Program-made: the position numbers and the translations under genes
Part shown: positions 1-9,437 of the stretch, piece after piece
Numbering within the stretch: position 1 is the first letter of the stretch
Layout of the letters: each line of letters starts with the position of its first letter
Source: Candidatus Spongiisociaceae bacterium
Lineage (GTDB): Bacteria > Actinomycetota > Acidimicrobiia > Spongiisociales > Spongiisociaceae
Length of the DNA stretch: 64,000 nt
Assembly: GCA_965262915.1 (NCBI GenBank)
Contig: OZ253564.1
Coordinates: 3,744,001-3,808,000 of the forward strand
Direction of reading: 5' to 3'
The notes under the pieces: model-generated
What the model saw: the letters and a program-made list of their open reading frames with translations, nothing else
Told to the model about the DNA's origin: nothing
The model's database searches: none

Positions 1-214
1 CCATCGAGTACACCTCGTCGGGCTTGTCGCTGTCGCCGTTGCCGCGCAGGTCCACAGCCACGCAATGGTGGTTGGGTGAGAAGTACTCCTCCTGGAAACC
101 GAAGCCCAGCCGGTTGCCGTAGATGCCGTGCACGAAGACGATGGGCGGGTCGCCGGCGCCTACCTCGTGGTAGGCGATACGCACCCCGTCCGGAGTGGTG
201 ATCGATGAAGCCAT
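1..214 (-). CDS. Alpha/beta fold hydrolase, 5' part (runs off window start)
   Basis: Manual translation from ATG at 214: MASSITTPDGVRIAYHEVGAGDPPIVFVHG...VAVDLRGNGDSDKP; HG and DLRGxGxS motifs. Not in the ORF track because it is truncated. Confidence 0.88.
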   Translation of the reverse strand, partial: MASSITTPDGVRIAYHEVGAGDPPIVFVHGIYGNRLGFGFQEEYFSPNHHCVAVDLRGNGDSDKPDEVYSM

Positions 215-229
215 ACCGGTCAGGCCCAG

Positions 230-389
230 TGGTCTGTCTGTGAAGTGGCTGCGTGGTTTGGGCTGGCAGCGGCGTTCCTCGCAAGGCCCGCCGACGAAGG
301 CGTACCGGCAGCGTACGTTGAGGAGGCGGAACACCGTGAGGGGCGTCGATGGCTGCCAGAGCAGGCCAAGTTGTCTTGCACACAGGCCA
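230..389 (+). mobile_element. MITE-like palindromic repeat, copy 1 (160 bp)
   Basis: Imperfect TIRs TGGTCTGTCTGTGAA / TTGCACACAGGCCA, flanked by CCAG and CTAG; about 20 differences by eye versus the copy at 31231-31391; folds as a long hairpin. Confidence 0.8.
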
Positions 390-1535
390 CTAGCCGACGA
401 AGTCCAGGAGCGCCGAGGCGGCTTGCTCCACCTGGGATTCCGTCATCTGGGGGAAACAGGGCAAGCCGATCATCCTAGCTGCGGTGCTCTCAGCTACTGG
501 AAGGGATCCTTGGCCGAGACCCATCCACCGGAAGGCGGGATGCAGATGCAAGGGCGGGTTGTAGTACAGGCGGCTGGCGACTCCCCGCGAGACCAGGTAC
601 TCCCGCGCCCTGTCTCGAACCTCTGCGGGCACCATCGCGTTGTAGGCGAAGTAGACGTGACGTGCCCAGGGCGCCTCGTATACAGGTGTCACCGGCGTAC
701 CGGAGAAGATCTCACGGTAGAGCGCGGCGGCTCTCCGGCGTCCGGCGATCCGGTCCTCCAGGGTGGGCAGCTTGGCGTTGAGCACTGCAGCCTGGAGGGT
801 GTCGAGCCTTTGGTTGAAACCTTCCTCCAGCACCTTCCAGCCGGTACCGCCGGTCAGGTCCTTGCCGGACAGCCTCAGTCCTGGGGCGTGGCCGTAGTTG
901 CGGAGAACCCGGATCCTGTGCGCCTGGTCGGGGTCGTTGGTCACCACCATTCCCCCATCTCCGTATCCTCCCAGGATCTTTCCGGGGGCCACGCTAAAGC
1001 AGCCCAAGGGACCGAAGGTTCCGGTTCGTCGGCCCTTGTACTCCCCGCCCACCGCTAGGGCCGAGTCCTCCAAGACCGTGATACCGTGGCGGTCGGCGAT
1101 CTCGCAGATGGGATCCATGTCGGCGGGATGGCCGAACAGGTGCACGGGGATGATCACCCTGGTTCGGGAGGTGATCCTTTCCTCCACTTTCTCGGGATCC
1201 ATCGTGAAGGTGTCCTCGGTCGTGTCCGACAACACCACCTTCGCGCCGGTGTGGGAAACGGCCGAGGCGGTGGGGTTGTCGGTGTTGGGGACGGTTATCA
1301 CCTCGTCCCCCAGGCCTATGCCTAGAGCCGTCAAGGCCAGGTGGAGAGCGGCGGTGCCTGATCCCACGCCCACGGCGAACCTGGCGTCGACGTAGTCGGC
1401 GAACGCCTCCTCGAAAGCTTCCAACTCTTCGCCCAGAACGTAGTTGCCGCTGGCCAGCACGCGTGCCACCGCATCGTCGATTTCGGTCTTCAGCGTCCGG
1501 TATTCCATCGCCAGATCGCTCATCGGTACTACCAA
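390..1535 (-). CDS. DegT/DnrJ/EryC1/StrS family PLP aminotransferase
   Basis: SGTAALHLAL, PVHLFGHPADM, LEDSA, FSVAPGKILGGYGDGG (PLP lysine), NQRLDTLQAA; TTG start at 1535 after GGAGGAG. Confidence 0.93.
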   Translation of the reverse strand: MVVPMSDLAMEYRTLKTEIDDAVARVLASGNYVLGEELEAFEEAFADYVDARFAVGVGSGTAALHLALTALGIGLGDEVITVPNTDNPTASAVSHTGAKVVLSDTTEDTFTMDPEKVEERITSRTRVIIPVHLFGHPADMDPICEIADRHGITVLEDSALAVGGEYKGRRTGTFGPLGCFSVAPGKILGGYGDGGMVVTNDPDQAHRIRVLRNYGHAPGLRLSGKDLTGGTGWKVLEEGFNQRLDTLQAAVLNAKLPTLEDRIAGRRRAAALYREIFSGTPVTPVYEAPWARHVYFAYNAMVPAEVRDRAREYLVSRGVASRLYYNPPLHLHPAFRWMGLGQGSLPVAESTAARMIGLPCFPQMTESQVEQAASALLDFVG

Positions 1536-1564
1536 GGCACACTCCTCCGTCAGGTTGTAACTGG

Positions 1565-1627
1565 TGGTCTGTCTGCAAGCCGGCTTGCCGTGCATTCCCA
1601 GGCAGCGACGCCCGCGGCTGCGTTCCG
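1565..1627 (-). mobile_element. Truncated inverted copy of the same MITE (right end only)
   Basis: TGGTCTGTCTGCAA..CTTGCCGTGC...GCTGCGTTCCG matches the reverse complement of the right end of copy 2; flanked by CTGG. Confidence 0.7.
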
Positions 1628-1840
1628 GGGACAATAGACATTACTTGACGGCGCGGGTAGCCCGCTAGATCCGGCGCGAGGCGTGCGGGTGGCTTCGTTG
1701 CTGGCGGTGGTCGGCTGAGTCGCGCTAGGCCCTAATCAGCGGTCTTGCGAAGATCGTGACTGTGGGTCGAAGGATATGAGCCGACCAGGCTTCCCGAGTG
1801 CCGCGCCGAGCATTGCCCGCTCGGCGCTGGCAGGCGGTGA

Positions 1841-2008
1841 TCACCCGAGCACCGCGATAATGATCGATGTAGCAGCCCCGACGACGATCGTGACTATGGC
1901 GGTTACCCAACCCACGATCCAGCGAGTCTGTTCGCCCAACCGCTCTTCGACGTGGGCCCGAAGTTCTGCGATTGCAGCCACAAGGCGATCTTCGGTAACC
2001 GTAACCAT
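1841..2008 (-). CDS. 55-aa small protein, short helical region plus C-terminal TM helix
   Basis: MVTVTEDRLVAAIAELRAHVEERLGEQTRWIVGWVTAIVTIVVGAATSIIIAVLG*; purine-rich AGAGGGAAG upstream; below the ORF track length cutoff. Confidence 0.7.
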   Translation of the reverse strand: MVTVTEDRLVAAIAELRAHVEERLGEQTRWIVGWVTAIVTIVVGAATSIIIAVLG

Positions 2009-2144
2009 CGCTTCCCTCTTCTGAAGTATCTAGTATTGTCAGGTTATCACACAGCTAGGGACTGTCGACAAGCGCGTAAGGGTGTTCCGCAGTCCGGTAC
2101 CGCAACTTCTCAACCCGGGGTCGCGATTCGACCCGTTATCAATG

Positions 2145-3236
2145 TCAGCCCGGAACCACCACGGTGCGCAGTGCCGACCCTGTCTCCAGGTTTTCGAAGC
2201 CCTTCTCCATCTCCGAGAGGGGAATCGTGTGGGTGACCATGGAATCGAGATCGAGGCTGCCCAGCTGGTAGAGCGAGTCCAGCACCGGGAAGTCCTGGGC
2301 CGGTATCCCTTCGCCTCCGTGGGTGGTCATCAACGTCGACGTGTTCCGGAAAAAGGCCGACGGATCGATATCGGCCGCCGACCCGGGAGGGGGCACTCCG
2401 ATCATGGTGGCCACTCCCCCGTACGACAGCATCCCCAGGGCCTGCTCCAGCGTGGCGCCCATTCCCACCGCCTCGAAGGAGAAGTCCACCCCTTCGCCGC
2501 CGGTGATGGCCCTTACCGCCTCCACCGCGTCTTCGCCCACCGAATTGACCGCATGGGTGGCGCCCATCGACATCGCCCACTCGAGCTTGAGGTCGGAGAT
2601 GTCCACCGCGATCACCTTGGAGGCGTTCGCCATGCGGGCGCCCTGCACGGTGGAGAGGCCGATTCCTCCGCAGCCGATCACCGCGGTGGTGGCGCCCGGC
2701 CACACCTTCGCGGTATGGAAGACGGCGCCGGTCCCGGTCATGACCGCGCACCCCAGCATTGAGGCGGAGGTCATCGGCATCCCGTCGCTGACCGGGAAAG
2801 CGGCCCCGGCATCCACCCCGATCCGCTCGGCGTACATCCCCAAGCCCATCGGCACCTCCACCCTGGATCCGTCGGACGCCAGGGAAACCATCGGAGCGCG
2901 TGGCGAGGACGAGTTGCACCGCCGGGGGTCGTTGCGGCGGCACATCGAGCACGAGCCGCACGGAACGCGGCACCCCACCGCCACCCGATCGCCTACTTTC
3001 AATCGGGTCACTCCCCTACCCACTTGCTCCACCACGCCGGCTCCTTCATGACCGAGGAGCATCGGGTAGCGGGGCTCCCGGCCTGACTGCAGCCCTTTCG
3101 ACACCTTGTAATCGGTCCGGCACACCCCGGCTGCTTCCACCCTGAGTATCACTTCCCCCTTCCGGGGAGGGTCGATCTCTATGTCGGCGATCTCGACTCG
3201 CCCCGGCGCTACCACCAGGGCCGCTCGGCTATGCAT
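2145..3236 (-). CDS. Zn-dependent alcohol dehydrogenase (MDR, class III/mycothiol-FDH-like)
   Basis: GVCRTD, LGHEGAG, CGSCSMC..C structural Zn, GCGGIG; ATG overlaps the upstream stop. Confidence 0.93.
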   Translation of the reverse strand: MHSRAALVVAPGRVEIADIEIDPPRKGEVILRVEAAGVCRTDYKVSKGLQSGREPRYPMLLGHEGAGVVEQVGRGVTRLKVGDRVAVGCRVPCGSCSMCRRNDPRRCNSSSPRAPMVSLASDGSRVEVPMGLGMYAERIGVDAGAAFPVSDGMPMTSASMLGCAVMTGTGAVFHTAKVWPGATTAVIGCGGIGLSTVQGARMANASKVIAVDISDLKLEWAMSMGATHAVNSVGEDAVEAVRAITGGEGVDFSFEAVGMGATLEQALGMLSYGGVATMIGVPPPGSAADIDPSAFFRNTSTLMTTHGGEGIPAQDFPVLDSLYQLGSLDLDSMVTHTIPLSEMEKGFENLETGSALRTVVVPG

Positions 3237-4395
3237 CCAGATCGACCAGGATGTCGTGGTCGTAGGTGAGACGCTCGCCACCGTCGGGAGTAACCCGGAT
3301 GTTGTCCGAAACGCAGATGCCGCCCACGGCCAGGGCCTCAGCCGGATCAGCGAAGGTGATCTGGGGATGGAGGTTGATCACCATGTCGGTCTTCATGATC
3401 CGTTCCTTACCGGGAACCCAGGGGGGCTCGTGGGAGTCGAGGCCGATGCCATGGGCCGTGTATGCGACCGACTCCTCGCCGCCCTGCCCGTACTTGCGGT
3501 GGACCCGGTTGCGAGCCTCCAGCACCGCGTCGGAGGAGTCACCGGTCTTCATCACAGCTATGCACGCATCCAAGGTCTCGATCCGGGTCTCCCAGTACCG
3601 GAGGATCTGGTCTGAAGGCCGGCCGAAACAGTAGGTTCTGCGCACCTCCACCCAGTAACCGGAGGGACCACCCCATTCGAGATCGATACAGAGGACATCG
3701 TCCCGTTCGATCTCGGCGTCCATGCCGAAGGTGTAGGCCCGGTATGGCTGGCGGCTCATCTGGGCGATCCCGTCGAGACACCCGTGCTGGCGGACCAGAC
3801 GATGAGCCTCGGCCAGCACATCCCGCTCGTTGGCGCCGGGCCTGATATGGCCCTCGAGCCCGGCGAACACCCGGCGAATGATCCGGGAGGTCTCGCGCAG
3901 GTTCTCTATCTCCTCTGCGCTCTTGACGGACTTGATGTCGTCGAAGAGGTCGGTGGCATCCACCAGGGTGGCGGTGTCGCCGAAGGCGCTCTGGAAACCC
4001 ATGTAGTGAGCTGCGGAAGTGATATCGGCCAGCCCCACGATCCCGATGGTCCCATGGGAGATGCCATGGTCCGAAAGTATCCCGGCGATCTCGACCTCGG
4101 GAGTCTGGGTGGCCCGAAAGTCCTGGATCCAGTTGACCAGAGCCACCCGCGACAGGCCCCACAACGGGTCCCCGATGAAAGTGGGTTCTCCCTTCTGGGG
4201 AAGCACCACCATCCCCCACCCTGCCCACTGGAAGATGTCGCTCACGTACTGCACGCGGCCCCGTACGAACTCGTCGCCCCGGCTGCAGATGATCATCGCA
4301 TCGATACCTGCCCCGGCCATGGTCTCGCGCAGCACGCGATGACGCCGTTCCCGCTCGGCGGGCGAAGAGATGTGGGTCAGTTTGCCTTCTGCCAT
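3229..4395 (-). CDS. M24 (Xaa-Pro peptidase/creatinase-like) family protein, paralog 1
   Basis: Creatinase-like N-domain, VKSAEEIE, HGIGLDSHEPP pita-bread motifs. Confidence 0.88.
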   Translation of the reverse strand: MAEGKLTHISSPAERERRHRVLRETMAGAGIDAMIICSRGDEFVRGRVQYVSDIFQWAGWGMVVLPQKGEPTFIGDPLWGLSRVALVNWIQDFRATQTPEVEIAGILSDHGISHGTIGIVGLADITSAAHYMGFQSAFGDTATLVDATDLFDDIKSVKSAEEIENLRETSRIIRRVFAGLEGHIRPGANERDVLAEAHRLVRQHGCLDGIAQMSRQPYRAYTFGMDAEIERDDVLCIDLEWGGPSGYWVEVRRTYCFGRPSDQILRYWETRIETLDACIAVMKTGDSSDAVLEARNRVHRKYGQGGEESVAYTAHGIGLDSHEPPWVPGKERIMKTDMVINLHPQITFADPAEALAVGGICVSDNIRVTPDGGERLTYDHDILVDLDA

Positions 4396-4408
4396 TTTCT
4401 TGGGCTCC

Positions 4409-5146
4409 TTAGCTGCTGGGGGTCGGGATCGACGCTGGCTGATACGGTGCGGACTCGTCTGGATTCTCGAGTTCTTTGCATATCTCGTCGGTGCTGCAGG
4501 AGGCGATGAAACCGCCGTCGGTCATCCTGTCCAGGGCGTTCTCGTGAAGTTCCCTGGTGGATGAGGTGCAGGCATCGCTCACCAGTGACACCGCGTAGCC
4601 CCGGTCGGCGGCGTCGCGGGCCGACAACTCCACGCATCCCTCGGTGACGATGCCCGTGAACACCAAGTGGGTGATGCCCATTCGCTTGAGGACATTGTCG
4701 ATGGCGCTCGAGTTGAAAACGCTGGAGGAGGTCTTGGAGAAGATCATCTCGTCGCCGTGTGCCGCAACTTCCGGCAGCAACTCGTCATCGCGTGCCTCGC
4801 GTGGCACCGGCTCCAGATCGGCGGAAGGCATGAACGCCTTCCCCGCGTCCCTGCCATCGTCCGTGCGATAGGCCACCCGGACGTGGATGACCTCCTCACC
4901 CGCGGCCCGGAAAGCGTCCTGGCATCTCCTTACGTTGGGCAGGATGCCGTTGATGTTGTCCCACCGCTCCTGCATGGTCTCGGGCCGGCCGGCGGCCTGG
5001 GCGATCCTTCCTATCCACCCTTCGCCATGCGCGTCGAGATACTGCAGATCGATGGTCAGCAGCGCTGTTCTTCCCGGCGCTATGGAAGGAAAAGATGGGC
5101 GGGGAAACAGGTCGTAGAAGGGGTCGTGCAGGTCCAAAGTCCTCAT
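4409..5146 (-). CDS. Isochorismatase-family cysteine hydrolase
   Basis: ALLTIDLQ, FSKTSSSVF, GIVTEGCVELSARDAADRGY (D-K-C triad). Confidence 0.92.
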   Translation of the reverse strand: MRTLDLHDPFYDLFPRPSFPSIAPGRTALLTIDLQYLDAHGEGWIGRIAQAAGRPETMQERWDNINGILPNVRRCQDAFRAAGEEVIHVRVAYRTDDGRDAGKAFMPSADLEPVPREARDDELLPEVAAHGDEMIFSKTSSSVFNSSAIDNVLKRMGITHLVFTGIVTEGCVELSARDAADRGYAVSLVSDACTSSTRELHENALDRMTDGGFIASCSTDEICKELENPDESAPYQPASIPTPSS

Positions 5147-5249
5147 CCTTTTTGTCGAGAATTGCCGGTTCGCGTGGAGTTAGGTTGCCTACGCAACAGC
5201 GCCACTTCCGGCCGGCGCCAAGTATACGGCCCGCCGGGGGTGGGTCGAT

Positions 5250-6362
5250 CTACACCGTCACCCGGCGGCCCTCGCGGCTGGAGGTCATGACAGCGTCGAG
5301 CAGGCGATGAAGGTCCACGCCGTCCTGGAAGTCAGGGCGGAAGCGCCGTCCTTCCCGGATCGAGTCGGCAAAGGCGGCTAGGGCTCTGGCGACGTTGTAA
5401 GCCGAGTGTCCCTCCGTGACCGGCATCTCCGAGTAATACTCGGCGGGGATCCCCACCTCTTCCAATGCCTCCGTCTCCTTGCCGCCTACCGAGACCTGCA
5501 TGGGACCTACGGAAACCTTTACGGGACTGAACTGGTAGTACGACGGAGCAGCCAGGAGGATCTGGCCGTCCTCGCCGAGGATTCGCAACGAATACCCCTG
5601 GGGAGGGGAGGTCGTGTTGGACACATAGGCCGTCCCTACGACTCCGCCGCTCAATTCGGCCATGGCCATCACCGTGTCGGCGGTCTGCCACTCGAAGGTT
5701 CCGCCGTCGGTGTACACGCCTGCCGGCGAGAGGGTGAGTTGGCGGGCGGAGATGCTCTCCACGTCTCCCAGGATAGAACGGACCGAGTCCATCACATGGG
5801 CGAAGGCCACGAACAGCGCGCCGCTGGCCTCTTCATGGCGCACCAGCCAGGCACGGTCGGGGTCGACATCGAACTTGGAGAGCATCTGGGAGACGACGAA
5901 GGACAACGGCCTTCCAACCGCGCCATCGACCACCAGCTGCCGCGCCCAGGCGATCGCCGGGGCGAAGCGGCCCTGCATTCCCACCGCGGTGGGAATGCTC
6001 CCCTGCTCGGCCACCAAGGCCATCTCCAGGGCCTCTGCGGTGTCGAGAGCCAGGGGCCACTCGCAGTAGACCGGCTTTCCTGCCCGAACAGACGCCATGG
6101 TCAACGGATAATGTAGGCGGGGCCGGACGGCTACCGTGACCAGGTCGACTTCGGGATCGTTGCACAGGTCGTCGATGCCCGCATACCATTTTCGAGCGCC
6201 CCAACGCTCGGCTGCTGCTCTGGCCGTCTCCTCCCGGGTGGTGCATACCGCCTCCAAGATCAGTCCGGGGGCGGACTGCACCGCCGGTAGATGGGCGCGA
6301 TCGCCGAAACCGGGCGGGCTGGCACCCACCACTCCAACCCGTACCCGGCCGCCGTTGCTCAT
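5250..6362 (-). CDS. Gfo/Idh/MocA family oxidoreductase
   Basis: VRVGVVGA, DPEVDLV, GKPVYCEWPLA, PDFQDG; start placed at MSNGG. Confidence 0.92.
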   Translation of the reverse strand: MSNGGRVRVGVVGASPPGFGDRAHLPAVQSAPGLILEAVCTTREETARAAAERWGARKWYAGIDDLCNDPEVDLVTVAVRPRLHYPLTMASVRAGKPVYCEWPLALDTAEALEMALVAEQGSIPTAVGMQGRFAPAIAWARQLVVDGAVGRPLSFVVSQMLSKFDVDPDRAWLVRHEEASGALFVAFAHVMDSVRSILGDVESISARQLTLSPAGVYTDGGTFEWQTADTVMAMAELSGGVVGTAYVSNTTSPPQGYSLRILGEDGQILLAAPSYYQFSPVKVSVGPMQVSVGGKETEALEEVGIPAEYYSEMPVTEGHSAYNVARALAAFADSIREGRRFRPDFQDGVDLHRLLDAVMTSSREGRRVTV

Positions 6363-6711
6363 CCTCGCCCCGTTTCCTGCTCGATCCCAGGTGGCAACAG
6401 GATCGACGCCAAGTTGCACCGGGGGTTTACCGGTCCGTGATTCTAGGCCGCTCGAGTGGTCGCAGGACCCGATCTTCTGTCGCACGCCCTCAACTCGGTC
6501 CGTCATGTAGCAGACCCCCACGAGGACCGGTCTACGTGACAGCACATCCCGAAATCGGCGGTCGAGGGGTCGGAAGCACCGGAGTTCGCGGCGAAGCCCT
6601 CCGGAGGCCGAGCGCCGCGTCCGCGCAGACTGTCTGGCGACCGCGACGCCAGGCTCGGTGTACCGCTGGCGCCGACAAGAAGCGATTCGGTGGACCGACA
6701 CAGGGTATATG

Positions 6712-6751
6712 GCTATCATAGCTAGAGACTTATAGGTTTGATAGCTATAAG
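6712..6751. promoter_or_regulatory. Probable TA autoregulatory operator
   Basis: AT-rich patch with palindromes GCTAT-c-ATAGC and CTTATAG-N9-CTATAAG just upstream of the antitoxin. Confidence 0.55.
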
Positions 6752-6772
6752 AACTGGGGTGTTTGGCGGGAG

Positions 6773-7111
6773 GTGGCAATGTTGACTGCGACTATCTCAC
6801 AGGTGAAGAACGGACTCAGTGCCTATCTGCGAAGGGTCAAGGCCGGCGACACGGTACTGATCGTGGACCGAAAGACGCCCGTAGCTCGTATCGTTCCGCT
6901 GACGGATCGGACAGTGTCGGCGACGACCGCGATCGGTGACGACCGTGCCCGGATCCAGCGGCTGATTGCCCAGGGCATCGCGACCCGCGAGAGTGACCGG
7001 GACGCTCTGGAACTACTGCGCGAACTCGGGGAGTCGTGGCCATCCGGTCACGGCCTGCTCGGCGCGCTGCTCGAAGAACGCGATACCGCGTATCAGGAGG
7101 GGTATCGGTGA
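6773..7111 (+). CDS. vapB: Phd/YefM family antitoxin
   Basis: ATISQVKNGLSAYLRRVKAGDTVLIVDRKTPVARIVP Phd fold; GGGAGG RBS; GTGA overlap with the toxin. Confidence 0.9.
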   Translation: MAMLTATISQVKNGLSAYLRRVKAGDTVLIVDRKTPVARIVPLTDRTVSATTAIGDDRARIQRLIAQGIATRESDRDALELLRELGESWPSGHGLLGALLEERDTAYQEGYR

Positions 7112-7533
7112 GGTTCTGGGACACGTCGGCGCTGGCGTCGCTGTCCTCCGACGAAGTCCGCTCCCCATTCGCCCGTGCCATCCTGCAGGACGATGACCGG
7201 ATGGTCGTATGGTGGGGCACCCCGGTCGAGTTCGTGAGTATGCTCGCACGTCACGAACGGACGGGGAACCTCACCTCCAGCGAGTTCTCCGAACACTTTC
7301 GGTATCTGAAGGCACTGTCTGCAGGGTGGGTTGAGATACAGCCGAGCCCAAGCCTGAGGAGGCTCGCGCAACGGCTGCTGAGAACCCATCCACTACGCGC
7401 AGCGGATGCGCTTCAGTTGGCTGCCGCGCTTACCGCTGCCGACGGTGACCCTACAACCCTGGGTTTCGTGTGTTTCGACAGACGCCTGAACCAGGCGGCC
7501 GAGCGCGAGGGTCTGGAAGTCCTTGGCAGATAG
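7108..7533 (+). CDS. vapC: PIN-domain VapC toxin
   Basis: RFWDTSAL, LRAADALQLAAAL, FVCFDRRLNQAAEREG. Confidence 0.93.
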   Translation: MRFWDTSALASLSSDEVRSPFARAILQDDDRMVVWWGTPVEFVSMLARHERTGNLTSSEFSEHFRYLKALSAGWVEIQPSPSLRRLAQRLLRTHPLRAADALQLAAALTAADGDPTTLGFVCFDRRLNQAAEREGLEVLGR

Positions 7534-7674
7534 CCCCGAGTTCACCACGAGATCACTGAGGAATCTTGCTTCCCCGAGCGAATAGAAACCTTGCTGTACC
7601 CGCGTGAAAGGATCACCGGCGTGCCGTACGGTAGCTTCTGCCATCTCGAAATCGGAGATCGAGGCCTTTTCCAC
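7534..7674 (-). pseudogene. Possible 5' remnant of a gene that originally followed the dihydroorotase-like gene
   Basis: Removing the IS gives TAG-GAGG-ctg-GTG (RBS plus start at 7674); the frame runs into the antisense strand of vapC. No family recognised. Confidence 0.35.
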
Positions 7675-7685
7675 CAGCCTCCTAG

Positions 7686-9437
7686 GAGCCTGCTGATTTA
7701 GGGGTAGGTGGGGTGGCTGTGTTGGTGTGTTGGGGGGTGGTGTGTGTGCTGGATTGGGATTTCGGGGGTGGTTTCGGGGGGTTTGGTGGCCGTTTTGGGG
7801 GTGGTGGGCCGGTCCGGGGGCGGTTGGTTTTGGTTTAGGTGGTGGTGAGCGTCCAGCCGCTGGTTGTGTGGGCCACGTCGAGGTTGATGAGCCGTTGTAG
7901 GTTGATGGCTGCTGTTTTGGTGGTGAACCACATTTGGTTGGCTTTGGTTCCTTGGTATGGGACGCGTCGGGCTTTGCCGCGGGTGAGCCAGGCGATGCTC
8001 CGTTCGACGGGTGGCCGGTATCGGCGGTAGGTGGTTTTGGTTTCGTCGTCTGCCCAGCGGGCTTTGTTGGCGGCTCGACGGTCGTGGTATTTGTCGACGA
8101 CGATGGTGCGTCCTTTCTTGGCGGTGGTGCACCGGGCCCGTTTGGGGCAGTCTTTGCATCGCTTGGCGAAGGGGGCGGTACCGCCGGGGCGGATGCGGGC
8201 GGTGTGCCCGACGGGACAGGTCACGGTTCTGGCTTTGGTGTCGATGTCGAAGTCGTCGCGGTGGTAGCCGTTTTCGATGTGGGGTTTGCGGACGATGGGT
8301 TTGGTGATGGGGGTGAGGTTGTTTTGGTCGAAGGTTTCGAGGGCGGGACCGGACCCATACGCCGAGTCGGCAATAACCTCGCTGTCGGGGGCCTGGTCGG
8401 CAACGAGGTCGGCAACCAGGTCGGCGTCGGGGGTGTTGGCCCCAGTTATCTTCGCGGCGGTGACCAGCCCGGTTTCGGGCTCCGCGGCTATATGCGCCTT
8501 GTAACCGTCCCGTTTGTGCGCCCGGGTCTTGTGACCATGCCGGGCGTCGGGGTCCACCGTGGATATGGTCCGGTCCTTGGCCACACGCCGGGCTATCCGC
8601 CAGCGGCCCTCCCGCTCCGGATCGGCTTCCACGTCCTGGCCCGCCACCACACCCAACAGTCCCACAGCGTCGGCCTGCTCGCCGCTCAACTTCGCATCCT
8701 CGACCGCTGCGATGACCGCCAACGCGTCGGACACCAGCCCGTTGATCAGCTCAGAGCGGCTTTCGGGATCGGACCAGTCGCAGGACGGTTTCGCCCTCGA
8801 GTCGTAATCGTGAGCTACCAGCACCAGATCGGCCGCCTGCGGTATCAGACGACGGCAACGCCGTATCTGCGATGAGATCATTGTTACCGTGTCCTGGGTA
8901 GCTACCGCGTCGTCCAAGATGGTGGAATCCAGAGCACGACGGTCCTTGCCTGCCAACACCCCACACTCGTCTATCACCCGCCGTACCGCGTCGAAGATAC
9001 GCTCGGGACGGTCACTGGCCCGGAGTCTTGCCCGCCACAGGGTAAGCACCGTCGGGTGGAATCCCCCGTCGCTCAGCGACAGACCCGCCGCCGCTTTCCA
9101 CGCTATATCACGCCGCAGACTCTGGATCGCTTCTCTATCCGACAGTCCCTCGAGCGCTTGGAGGACCATCACCACGGCGATCACCGGCCCCGGCACAGAC
9201 GGGCGACCCCGCCCACTCCCGAACAGATCCGCGAACATCTCGTCAGGGAACAGGCGGCGGCGGTTCTCGGCCAAGAACCGGTACACCGACCCCACAGGAA
9301 CCAGATGCCACAGATCTGTCGTGTCCAAAAACTCACGATCAAAACTCTCAAAACCCTGCATAACCCCTACACTAATACCAACAAACCCAAAACGCGAACA
9401 CCCCAAACCCCGATACAGCGATTAAATCAGCAGTCTC
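7686..9437 (-). mobile_element. IS1182-family insertion sequence, complete
   Basis: TIRs GAGCCTGCTGATTTA (7686) / TAAATCAGCAGTCTC (ends 9437), 14/15 match; CTAG on both flanks (7682-7685, 9438-9441). Confidence 0.93.
7835..9406 (-). CDS. IS1182-family DDE transposase (start may be ATG at 9361)
   Basis: GRPSVP, LSDRE, ALDST, STVDPDARHGHK..DGYKAH, ADSAYG, CPVGH..CKDCP..CT, YRRYRPPVER. Confidence 0.95.
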   Translation of the reverse strand: MGCSRFGFVGISVGVMQGFESFDREFLDTTDLWHLVPVGSVYRFLAENRRRLFPDEMFADLFGSGRGRPSVPGPVIAVVMVLQALEGLSDREAIQSLRRDIAWKAAAGLSLSDGGFHPTVLTLWRARLRASDRPERIFDAVRRVIDECGVLAGKDRRALDSTILDDAVATQDTVTMISSQIRRCRRLIPQAADLVLVAHDYDSRAKPSCDWSDPESRSELINGLVSDALAVIAAVEDAKLSGEQADAVGLLGVVAGQDVEADPEREGRWRIARRVAKDRTISTVDPDARHGHKTRAHKRDGYKAHIAAEPETGLVTAAKITGANTPDADLVADLVADQAPDSEVIADSAYGSGPALETFDQNNLTPITKPIVRKPHIENGYHRDDFDIDTKARTVTCPVGHTARIRPGGTAPFAKRCKDCPKRARCTTAKKGRTIVVDKYHDRRAANKARWADDETKTTYRRYRPPVERSIAWLTRGKARRVPYQGTKANQMWFTTKTAAINLQRLINLDVAHTTSGWTLTTT

